Shown here: positions 9,244 to 17,404 of the stretch, piece by piece
Position numbering within the stretch: the stretch's first letter is position 1
Layout of the letters: the number at the start of each line of letters is the position of its first letter
DNA from: a virus
Lineage: Duplodnaviria; Heunggongvirae; Uroviricota; Caudoviricetes
IMG/VR virus record: IMGVR_UViG_3300001282_000006
Reading direction: 5' to 3' (one strand)
DNA: 43,871 nt
Program-made: the position numbers and the translations under genes
Notes under the pieces: model-generated
Told to the model about the DNA's origin: nothing
The model's database searches: none
What the model saw: the letters and a program-made list of their open reading frames with translations, nothing else

Positions 9244-9333
9244 TGGCGAATAGCAGTGGTGTCTTATACACACTATACCTGTAGCGGTAACTTGAGATAG
9301 TATCAAACGTGGGTTCGAATCCCACTTCGCCAA
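9244..9333 (+). tRNA. Atypical tRNA-Ile-like gene (TAT), no canonical D arm
   Basis: Acceptor tggcgaa/ttcgcca; perfect T arm gtggg-ttcgaat-cccac; ggtgt-ctTATac-acact. Confidence 0.6.
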
Positions 9334-9341
9334 CAAAAATT

Positions 9342-9413
9342 GCGGGTATCGTATAACGGTTATTACTCCACACTTCCAATGTGGAGATCTCGGTTCGATT
9401 CCGGGTACCCGCT
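9342..9413 (+). tRNA. tRNA-Gly (TCC)
   Basis: ccaca-ctTCCaa-tgtgg; U73. Confidence 0.93.
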
Positions 9414-9423
9414 CAAAACATAT

Positions 9424-9499
9424 GGGGTTACATGTTCCAAGGCTTAGGCGAGTTTGATTTGCGATCAGACTGTGGTGGGTTCGATTCTCACTAGCTCCA
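9424..9499 (+). tRNA. tRNA-Ala (TGC)
   Basis: tttga-ttTGCga-tcaga; G3.U70 alanine identity pair. Confidence 0.85.
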
Positions 9500-9826
9500 C
9501 AAAAAATAAAAAACGAATATGATAGTATTCAAAAACATAATTGATAATAAAACCTATATAATCTATAAGGCACCAAATGGTAATTGTTTAGCAATTCCAT
9601 TTAGACACGATGGTCCTTCTATCCCTAAATGTGATATGAAAGAATTTGTGGTTGTAAGCTCTGAAGATGGTAGATTAGATGGGTTTTTATAATAGTAAGA
9701 TATGGAAAAGAAGATAGTATTAACAGGAGAGTTTGAGTCAAGTAAAAAGAATTTGGGAAGAGACATAAGTAAAAATGGATTGGATAAATTTATTAAAAGA
9801 CTTATAAAGAAGAAAAAGTAAAATAA

Positions 9827-9898
9827 GCGAAAGTCGTATAGTGGCTATTATATCGCCTTGCCAAGGCGAGGACGGGAGTTCGATTCTCCTCTTTCGCT
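9827..9898 (+). tRNA. tRNA-Gly (GCC)
   Basis: tcgcc-ttGCCaa-ggcga. Confidence 0.93.
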
Positions 9899-9917
9899 CA
9901 AAAAATAATTATTATGG

Positions 9918-10286
9918 ATGAAAATATGTCCTAATTGTGAAAAGGTTGTTACCAAAAGAAATAACAAATACTGCGATGCTAAGTGTCAAGTAGAATTTGT
10001 AAATAAAGGTATCTATGAGAACATAGAAAATGGAGACACAACTCTTTATCATAAGACATATAAAAGACATCTTATCATCAAATATGGTGAAAAATGTATG
10101 GAATGTGGTTGGGATAAAGTAAATCCATCAACAGGTAAAGTTCCAATACAATTAGAACATATAGATGGTAACTCGGATAATAATTCTTTAGATAATTTGA
10201 AATTACTTTGTCCAAATTGTCATTCACTAACACCAACATATGGTGCTTTGAATAAAGGAAATGGACGAAAGAATAGAAAAAGATAA
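9918..10286 (+). mobile_element. Free-standing HNH homing-endonuclease-like gene inside a tRNA cluster
   Basis: CPNC..YCDAKC zinc finger, CMECG, LEHIDGNSDNNSLDNLKLLCPNCH. Confidence 0.85.
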
Positions 10287-10288
10287 AT

Positions 10289-10326
10289 GCCGGATGATCC
10301 ACCGTTGAATCACGGTGCCGGCTCCA
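10289..10326 (+). ncRNA. 38-nt tRNA minihelix-like element ending in TCCA
   Basis: gccgg-atgatc-caccg-ttgaatca-cggtg-ccggc-TCCA; abuts tRNA-Ala. Confidence 0.45.
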
Positions 10327-10400
10327 GGGGAATTAGCTCATTTGGCTAGAGCGTTTGAATGGCATTCAAAAGGTGACGAGTTCGATCCTCGTATTCTCCA
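10327..10400 (+). tRNA. tRNA-Ala (GGC)
   Basis: tttga-atGGCat-tcaaa; G3.U70. Confidence 0.92.
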
Positions 10401-10406
10401 CAAATA

Positions 10407-10436
10407 AAAAAGTCCAGTTATTTAACTGGACTTTTT
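10407..10436. terminator. Bidirectional intrinsic terminator
   Basis: aaaaagtccagtta-tt-taactggactttttt between convergent units. Confidence 0.85.
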
Positions 10437-10479
10437 TATCTTAAATCAAAGACTATAATTTCTGATTCTTTTTTTAATT

Positions 10480-11466
10480 TTATCGGTTTGTCCAATATCC
10501 ATTAGTACTCAACCAAGCCTTAGCCAATGTGACACCACCAGCATCTAAAGCAAATGATTGATTGAATTTTTTATTAACTAAAGTAGCAAAAGAAGCATCT
10601 GAAGTATCTGTTGATCTAAGAAATCCAACTGAAGCGGTAGTTTTACCTAAAAAATTATATCCACTTGGATATCCATATAATGGAATATTTAAAACTTCCA
10701 TTACTCCATAAATATAAGGACACAAAACTGGATAATAACCAGGAGCTGAAGAATTAGTTAAGACGAAAGTTGAAATGTCTACACCAACACTTGATGTTGA
10801 TGGATCTGAGCCAGCATAATTATTCCAAAGACCACCATTAACTCTTACCCACAATAGTGATAAATCATAATTAATAGCAACATCAATCACATCACCATTG
10901 GTCCAAGTAGGAAGACTAGTACCGGATAATAGTTGTGGAGCTGTAGTTTCGACACCAGTACTAAAATAAAGTTGACCAAAATCTGATAAGCCAATGCTAC
11001 GCTCATCAGCACCGCCCGGATAACCACCAAAAGGCCCTGAATAATCCATATCTGTTAACCCAATGCCAATAAAACGACCACCAGCACCAACAGTTGACTG
11101 TGTTGAAGTAAATTTAACACTAAACATTACTTTATCACCGTCAGAAATAATAGTTTGTCCTAATACTGATTGTTGATATGAAAATATTTGAGTAGCTGTT
11201 TGATTGTTATTACTTAAAACAATATCAGTTGCCTTATAAGTTGTGCTTAAAAAAAGATTATCACCAGGAACAGGAGTTGGTTGATTATCCAAAGGAACAG
11301 GTTTAGCTATTAGCCATCCACTGCCTTCTCCAGGTCCATTCCACCATTCTAATCCAGTAGATTCAAATCCAGCTGTTGGTGTCCCAACTGCTAAATCTCC
11401 TACTTGAGTTGTTCCGGCTATTGGTGCTCCGGTGTTGTATGCGAACGGTCTACTTCCTACTGCCAT
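10480..11466 (-). CDS. Putative virion fibre/decoration protein with SPRY/B30.2-like beta-sandwich
   Basis: LSNNNQTA, VMFSVKF, IGIGL, SIGL...GQLY, WTNGDVIDVAINY..LWVRVNGG.W, YYPVLCP. Confidence 0.55.
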   Translation of the reverse strand: MAVGSRPFAYNTGAPIAGTTQVGDLAVGTPTAGFESTGLEWWNGPGEGSGWLIAKPVPLDNQPTPVPGDNLFLSTTYKATDIVLSNNNQTATQIFSYQQSVLGQTIISDGDKVMFSVKFTSTQSTVGAGGRFIGIGLTDMDYSGPFGGYPGGADERSIGLSDFGQLYFSTGVETTAPQLLSGTSLPTWTNGDVIDVAINYDLSLLWVRVNGGLWNNYAGSDPSTSSVGVDISTFVLTNSSAPGYYPVLCPYIYGVMEVLNIPLYGYPSGYNFLGKTTASVGFLRSTDTSDASFATLVNKKFNQSFALDAGGVTLAKAWLSTNGYWTNR

Positions 11467-11475
11467 ATTAATTAA

Positions 11476-11709
11476 TTAATTAATTTTTTTATTATTATCT
11501 TTATTATCTGAATCTGAGTTTTTTGAGCCAAAATATCCACCAACAATACCAATTAAACCTGTAATTGACATTTGTAACAATTGAATTATATCATCATCAA
11601 TTGGTCGGTGTTCATATAAAGAAACCCAGAAATCACCTAATACTATAATAGTAAGTAAAGCCATAACTCCTCCTACCATTATAAAAACTATCCTATCTTT
11701 ATTGCTCAT
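11476..11709 (-). CDS. Small two-TM membrane protein
   Basis: Two hydrophobic helices, GIVGGYFG, charged C terminus. Confidence 0.6.
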   Translation of the reverse strand: MSNKDRIVFIMVGGVMALLTIIVLGDFWVSLYEHRPIDDDIIQLLQMSITGLIGIVGGYFGSKNSDSDNKDNNKKIN

Positions 11710-12346
11710 TACTCAAATACATTTTCTCTAAGTATAAATAAATATACTTTCTATATCTTTTAATTGTTTTTTCATCACAATACCTTTTGATATCAGACCA
11801 CAACATTGTATGTTCTGCTGGTCTCATTGCCGATCTTGGATTAAACGGAATATCTAACTGACTCATAGCCGTTTCTAAACTTCTATTCATTTTAGATAAA
11901 CCATTAGCAATTGTAAATGAAAAAGCCATAACTTCTTCTTTATTAGAAAAATAAGCTTTTCTATCTAATGGACTTGGTAATTTGTAATCAATTTGACCTT
12001 TTCTTAAACTTTGTTCAGCATGAACTCTTTCGTGTCCAATTATATCTAACATAATTTCTTTGAAGTTAGGAATAAATCTAGCCGCATTTGGATCAGATAA
12101 AACAAACATTGCTTTTCTTCTAATCGGATTAAAAAGAGCAAAGAAAGGAACACCTCTTCTTGGTGGTGCTGTTTTCTTATTTTCTTCACTTAATGTGTTA
12201 TAAAATTCATCATAATCAACTACATCAAAATCATTTCTTTGTCCAAAAGCAACAGCCGATTCAAATGAATTAACATTAGCATTATCTTCTATTGGAGTTG
12301 GTATAATAACTGCTTCAAATATTTTAAAAGGTTTAAGATGTTTCAT
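11699..12346 (-). CDS. HExxH zincin-like protein with MKHLKPF..FE N terminus
   Basis: IIGHERVHAEQ ... EEVMAF; upstream TAATATATA. Confidence 0.55.
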   Translation of the reverse strand: MKHLKPFKIFEAVIIPTPIEDNANVNSFESAVAFGQRNDFDVVDYDEFYNTLSEENKKTAPPRRGVPFFALFNPIRRKAMFVLSDPNAARFIPNFKEIMLDIIGHERVHAEQSLRKGQIDYKLPSPLDRKAYFSNKEEVMAFSFTIANGLSKMNRSLETAMSQLDIPFNPRSAMRPAEHTMLWSDIKRYCDEKTIKRYRKYIYLYLEKMYLSNEQ

Positions 12347-12391
12347 AGACTTATATATTAAATTTTATACCTAATAAATAATATATACTGA

Positions 12392-12724
12392 ATGGAATAT
12401 CTATTTGTGTATGGTTTGTTTAGAGACTCTGGTAAAAGAGTTTTAGGAGAATGTACTTATTGTGGAAGAGCTAGTATTAACGGTAAGTTATATAAAGTTA
12501 ATGAGTTTTATCCAGGATATGTAATTGATAAAAAATCTAAAGTTTATGGAGATATTTATTTAGTTGATCCTAATAATTTCTCAGCGATGGATGAATATGA
12601 AGGCGATGAGTACATTCGTACTAAAGTAAGATCATCAACAGATATTGAGTGTTGGGTTTATAAATATAAATATGATGTTGCTAACTTTGAAGAGATAAAA
12701 GGTGGTGATTGGATGTTAAGATAG
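12392..12724 (+). CDS. Gamma-glutamylcyclotransferase (AIG2-like)
   Basis: LFVYGL, YPG, VYGDIY, MDEYEG..Y.R, CWVY. Confidence 0.85.
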   Translation: MEYLFVYGLFRDSGKRVLGECTYCGRASINGKLYKVNEFYPGYVIDKKSKVYGDIYLVDPNNFSAMDEYEGDEYIRTKVRSSTDIECWVYKYKYDVANFEEIKGGDWMLR

Positions 12725-12759
12725 TCTAAACCTTTTATTATTATTTCCATAAAAGACAT

Positions 12760-13416
12760 ATGGAATTATTTCACTTTGACATTGAGACTGCTGGTCAGTA
12801 CAAGGATTATGATACTTTTTTAGACTCTGATGAAAGAGGTGCTAGACTTTTCTTAGGTAAGTACGAGAAAATGAACTGGTCAGAAAAGTATGCTGATGTA
12901 AATGAGGCGTATATTGAAAATGCTGGTATCATTTCTACTTATGGTAGAATCGTTTGTATTTCTTTTGGATATGAATCTAAAGGAGAAAAAATGATTCGTT
13001 CATTCTATGGTGATGATGAAAGAGATATAGTTGAATCATTTAACAACTTATTGAAAAAGATTGAAACAAAAAGTTATAATCTTTGTGGCTTTAGAATCAA
13101 TTATTTTGATATACCTTGGTTGCTTCACAAACTACATAAATACGAGATTGAACCAGCAAATATGATTTATTTATATGATAAAAAGCCTTGGGATGTTAGG
13201 GTTACAGATATGTCTGATGATTGGAAACAAAAGTTTGCTTGGGCTTTCAGCTTCGACGAAATGTGTTACGAATTAGGAGTTAAGTCGCCTAAAGATATTA
13301 TCAATGGTTCTGATGTTCATAAGTATTATTGGTCTGGTAGAGTTGAAGATATTAAGACTTATTGTGAGAAGGATGTTAGTTCTTCGATAGATGCTTCAAA
13401 AAAATTGTATAAATAG
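12760..13416 (+). CDS. PolB-like 3'-5' exonuclease (DEDD, RNase H-like fold)
   Basis: FDIET, GRIVCIS, GFRINYFDIPWL, YCEKDV. Confidence 0.85.
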   Translation: MELFHFDIETAGQYKDYDTFLDSDERGARLFLGKYEKMNWSEKYADVNEAYIENAGIISTYGRIVCISFGYESKGEKMIRSFYGDDERDIVESFNNLLKKIETKSYNLCGFRINYFDIPWLLHKLHKYEIEPANMIYLYDKKPWDVRVTDMSDDWKQKFAWAFSFDEMCYELGVKSPKDIINGSDVHKYYWSGRVEDIKTYCEKDVSSSIDASKKLYK

Positions 13417-13471
13417 TTTGTAAATATCAAATAATTCCTTATCTTTGTTAAACAAATAAAGATATACAGAA

Positions 13472-14392
13472 ATGATTCAAAATTTAACATCAGTAAAAAT
13501 AGTAATAAATTTAGATTATCTAAATAGATTCAAAATTGCTGTGAAGAATGGTTTTGAAAATATCTCTGAAGTCTCTGATATTTTAGAAAAATTTCCATTT
13601 TTAAAAAATGATATTGCCAATAGATTGAACAATCAAGTTTTGTTTCAACCCGGTAGAATTGTTGAAACTATGGTGATTCAATCAATAGCTGATCATTTAA
13701 ATTGTGTTTACATCGGAAATGGTATTTATGAAAATGATAAATATCTTATTAAACAAGATGGTGGTTCAGGAATGTCTGATTTAATCATCACTGATAAAAT
13801 TGAAAACAAAGAGTATATTTTTGAAATAAAAGAACCTGTCGCATATGGTAAATCATGTGGATTCACTTATGATGAAAACGGCAAAGTTGACTGTCTTACA
13901 TCAAAAAGTGAAAAATACAAAGAATATGTAAAATCATTATTTGAAACAGGTGGAATGTTGGAAAGTTACAATATTTTAGAAAACCAAGGACATAATAAGA
14001 TTTATGAAATTGATGATGTTATCACAAATAAATTTGACTACATCATCAGTTATGATAATAACGGTGTTTTAAGTATCATGACAATTGACGAATACAAAAC
14101 AGGTTTCTCTTTCAGAATAGAGGTTAGAAGTTGTGGTAGAAATACTAGAAAAGTTTTTACTAAAGGTAAATTAAACTTAATCGATGGTATTCTTTATTTG
14201 GATAAAAATGATATCACAAATATCACACAAAGAGGTGGTGGTACATCTAGTAGATGTAAATACATTAAAAATAATGCCACATTTTCTTTTAAAAGAAAAG
14301 ACTTAAAAGAAGTTGATGGTAAATTGTACATTGAATTTGATAAGATTAATCAACATGTTGGTGAGGTATCTATTCAACATTTCAAAAAATAA
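13472..14392 (+). CDS. Putative PD-(D/E)xK restriction endonuclease
   Basis: VETMV...SDLII..FEIKEP; convergent with an N6-MTase. Confidence 0.5.
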   Translation: MIQNLTSVKIVINLDYLNRFKIAVKNGFENISEVSDILEKFPFLKNDIANRLNNQVLFQPGRIVETMVIQSIADHLNCVYIGNGIYENDKYLIKQDGGSGMSDLIITDKIENKEYIFEIKEPVAYGKSCGFTYDENGKVDCLTSKSEKYKEYVKSLFETGGMLESYNILENQGHNKIYEIDDVITNKFDYIISYDNNGVLSIMTIDEYKTGFSFRIEVRSCGRNTRKVFTKGKLNLIDGILYLDKNDITNITQRGGGTSSRCKYIKNNATFSFKRKDLKEVDGKLYIEFDKINQHVGEVSIQHFKK

Positions 14393-14407
14393 TATAAACG
14401 AAAAAAC

Positions 14408-14440
14408 GAAAAGCCATTCTAATATTAGAATGGCTTTTTT
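14408..14440. terminator. Bidirectional terminator between the REase-like gene and the MTase
   Basis: aaaagccattcta-atat-tagaatggctttttt. Confidence 0.85.
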
Positions 14441-14441
14441 A

Positions 14442-15611
14442 TTAATCTTGAAGTTTAATTAAATCTTCATCAACAAACAAAGAGTTTAATTTTCTTACTA
14501 AATCTTTAGGATGTTTTATATTTTCCTGTGACTTGCCAGCATTCATCTTATATACTTTATTGACTTCCTCACTCGCTAGTAATTCATTTATGATATTCAT
14601 ATCATATTTAAAATCTACCCAAGGTAAAGATAACAAAGTTGTTTTAGTCAATGACATTGAACTGTCGGATGTTCTCCACCACCAATATAAATATGAACTA
14701 TTTAACATTATCAAAGCCTTATTGTATGAATCTTCATTTTTTAAGAATATTTCTATTTGTCCCGTTCTATCTAATTTTTTAGATGAAGCTGTTATAAAAT
14801 ATCTCGGTGAATTAGTAACATAAATTGGATAATCAGATTTACTGACCGTATATTTAGATAGTGAGTTCTTGTGTATAAGATATGTTGTATTTGGAGAAGT
14901 TTTATAAAATATATCTTCTGTAAAAATAGCATCATCTAATTTGGATTCAAGACTTGATATCATCTCCTTTCTCTTCTTACTTTGCCATCTAATCTGAGTG
15001 GTAGTTTTTTTGTCATTTGATTTGTTATGTGAGACAATTATTGAGACTCTAACTTGAGCATCATCAAATATACAACCTGGTATGGTATCAAAGTGATATA
15101 AAGTAATAGAACTAAAGTTTAATATAGACTTTCTTGTTCTTTTGAATTTAGAACTATTAGTAAATGATATAGGATTAATACTAATAAATCCATTAGAAAT
15201 ATTTGAGGCTTTTTCTAAAAAATAGGCATATATATCATTATCCTTATACTTAAAGTAGGGTGGATTCATTATTATATAATCACATTTAAATTCATATTCT
15301 AAAAAATCTTCATTAAAACTTCTTGGTATTACTCCAAACTTTTCTTTAAAATTACTTAAAGCGATATCCAATTGTTTTTTATCCATATCATTAATAATGA
15401 GTCTATTTTTAACAAAATCAACCGGATCATCTTGTAATGAAGCTAATGTTATTGATAATATCCCTAAACCACAACATGGATCTAACCACACTCCTTTACC
15501 ATCATCAAATAATTTACTCTTACCTGACATAAACTCAGATATATCTTCTGGTGTATAAAAAACTCCGTTTTCTTTCTTTTCTTTGTTATTATATGGATTA
15601 TTAAAATTCAT
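14442..15611 (-). CDS. N6-adenine DNA methyltransferase (gamma class, Eco57I/TaqI-like)
   Basis: GVFYTP, LDPCCGLG (motif I), IIMNPPY (motif IV). Confidence 0.9.
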   Translation of the reverse strand: MNFNNPYNNKEKKENGVFYTPEDISEFMSGKSKLFDDGKGVWLDPCCGLGILSITLASLQDDPVDFVKNRLIINDMDKKQLDIALSNFKEKFGVIPRSFNEDFLEYEFKCDYIIMNPPYFKYKDNDIYAYFLEKASNISNGFISINPISFTNSSKFKRTRKSILNFSSITLYHFDTIPGCIFDDAQVRVSIIVSHNKSNDKKTTTQIRWQSKKRKEMISSLESKLDDAIFTEDIFYKTSPNTTYLIHKNSLSKYTVSKSDYPIYVTNSPRYFITASSKKLDRTGQIEIFLKNEDSYNKALIMLNSSYLYWWWRTSDSSMSLTKTTLLSLPWVDFKYDMNIINELLASEEVNKVYKMNAGKSQENIKHPKDLVRKLNSLFVDEDLIKLQD

Positions 15612-15713
15612 TTTATTTATTTATTTTCTTTTATATATTAAATTTTAAAAATGGTTTTCTACTTTTTCTACTTTTTCTACTAAACAACCATTATTAATTA
15701 ATATATAAGTTAT

Positions 15714-15875
15714 ATGAAAAACAAGAGAAAAGTTAAGGTATTCTTCACAATAGATCCTGATTTATATGAACAATTTGAGAAGCACATAGATGATAAGTTA
15801 TTGGATAAGTCCAAACTTATTGAATTTCTAATTAGAGAATATATGAATAATGAATCTGAGAAAGCATCAGTATAA
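15714..15875 (+). CDS. Ribbon-helix-helix DNA-binding protein (53 aa, absent from the ORF track)
   Basis: MKNKRKVKVFFTIDPDLYEQFEKHIDDKLLDKSKLIEFLIREYM; upstream TAATATATA. Confidence 0.7.
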   Translation: MKNKRKVKVFFTIDPDLYEQFEKHIDDKLLDKSKLIEFLIREYMNNESEKASV

Positions 15876-15907
15876 AATAATAAGAAGGTTTATTAGAATG
15901 AGGAAGA

Positions 15908-16864
15908 TTAGAAATTACCTCTTAGATCAGTAATATCTGTTGTTATTCTTCCTATTGTTAGATCAGCATTACTCTTTGCTAAATCAACAGTTATTCTACG
16001 TTTGTTTTTATCATAACCGGTAACTAATGAGTCAACATCATAATGTAATTCTGATAGGCTAGTATAAACTTTAGCAATTGACTGCTTAATATTATCACCA
16101 CAAGATGTAATTAATCTTTCAATGGTGTTAGAAGCAACATCTAATTTGATTAGAAATTTATGTTTCTTTGTATAAAGTTTATTAGTATTTAAATTAACGT
16201 GATCTGTGATATTATCTAAAGCGAGTATATAATCAGCATCTGTCATACCTCTTGGAACAACAAGATAATTACCAATATAACTATCTCTATCCAATGGATT
16301 AATACTTAGAATATGAACATCAATTGTTTTATCTTCATTCTTTAAGCAAATAACGTAATAGTCACATTTCTTTTTCCAGTTGATTTTAATATTTCCTTTA
16401 TTTTTATAAAGTTTGATTTGATAATCTAATTTTTTAACTCCTCTACCTGATTCAGTTTCAAATTGAACAGCATCTAGCTCACTATAAGATGAACTAATAT
16501 CTGAAGCACCATAGTCACCAATTTTAACACCGTGAATTAGAGTTGCTAAGAATCCTTCTAATAAGAATCCTGATGTAGATGGATTAAATTGTTCTTTAAT
16601 TTCATTTAGATATTGAAGTAAAGTAATAATAGATATTTTTGTTTGAATATCAACATCATTATTTTGAATGTGTTTATCAATATTTGATAACATTTCAATC
16701 TTTTTATAAAGATCATATCTATCTTTAACTCTAGGCATTAAAGTATCTAAAGCTGTTACATATTTAGCCATTCTGATATACAGTTGTTCATCTATCTTTA
16801 CATTAACCCATCCTGATAATTTATCAATATCATCAACACCTTCAAATCTTTTAAGAAATTTCAT
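15908..16864 (-). CDS. Hypothetical protein with MKFLKRFE N terminus; possible PD-(D/E)xK-like C-terminal domain
   Basis: 318 aa; SGFLLEGFLA...SDI...YQIKLY. Confidence 0.5.
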   Translation of the reverse strand: MKFLKRFEGVDDIDKLSGWVNVKIDEQLYIRMAKYVTALDTLMPRVKDRYDLYKKIEMLSNIDKHIQNNDVDIQTKISIITLLQYLNEIKEQFNPSTSGFLLEGFLATLIHGVKIGDYGASDISSSYSELDAVQFETESGRGVKKLDYQIKLYKNKGNIKINWKKKCDYYVICLKNEDKTIDVHILSINPLDRDSYIGNYLVVPRGMTDADYILALDNITDHVNLNTNKLYTKKHKFLIKLDVASNTIERLITSCGDNIKQSIAKVYTSLSELHYDVDSLVTGYDKNKRRITVDLAKSNADLTIGRITTDITDLRGNF

Positions 16865-16932
16865 AAATCTATATATTATATTTTCTTACTCAAATTATTT
16901 TTCTTATCTTTGTATTCTAAAACAAAATCACT

Positions 16933-17073
16933 ATGGGAAAAATAAAAGAAATTTATATGGAAATCCAAGAGAAACTTGGAGAAGATGTTGAAGTAACTCA
17001 AGAAGTATTTACTCAACATTTAATTGAAAAAGGTATCTATAAACAAGATAATCAAAGAGACGAAGAAGAATAA
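16933..17073 (+). CDS. Small acidic hypothetical protein (46 aa)
   Basis: MGKIKEIYMEIQEKLGEDVEV...; lies between TATCTTTG (16905) and a terminator (17098). Confidence 0.65.
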   Translation: MGKIKEIYMEIQEKLGEDVEVTQEVFTQHLIEKGIYKQDNQRDEEE

Positions 17074-17097
17074 TTGTTAGACACAATAAAATAAAGA

Positions 17098-17129
17098 AGA
17101 CCCATCTAATTATTTAGATGGGTTTTTTT
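17098..17129 (+). terminator. Intrinsic terminator
   Basis: agacccatctaa-ttat-ttagatgggtt followed by a T run. Confidence 0.85.
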
Positions 17130-17179
17130 ATGGGCTGTATATACATTTATATATACTGTACAAAAATATAAATATTAAA

Positions 17180-17371
17180 ATGCCAAAAAAGGATAAAATG
17201 TTTTCCCTGAGAATTCCTGAGAAACTACTAAATGAATACCGTGAATTTTGTGACGAAAACTCTATCAACATTTCTATGAGATTACGAAAGTTTATTGAGA
17301 GAGACTTGGAGGGCTACAGAGCCAGAAAGTTACAGCAACAAGCTCAACAAAAAAATAATTCTCAATCTTAA
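17180..17371 (+). CDS. Arc/RHH-type DNA-binding protein
   Basis: KMFSLRIPEKLLNEYREFCDENSINISMRLRKFI. Confidence 0.7.
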   Translation: MPKKDKMFSLRIPEKLLNEYREFCDENSINISMRLRKFIERDLEGYRARKLQQQAQQKNNSQS

Positions 17372-17404
17372 TATATAAGATAACAAAAAAGATTACCAAA
17401 TAGT

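Noticed and set aside
16933-17129. Glu-rich small ORF plus terminator as a sixth attenuator
   Set aside because: No antiterminator complement found and no tRNA follows.
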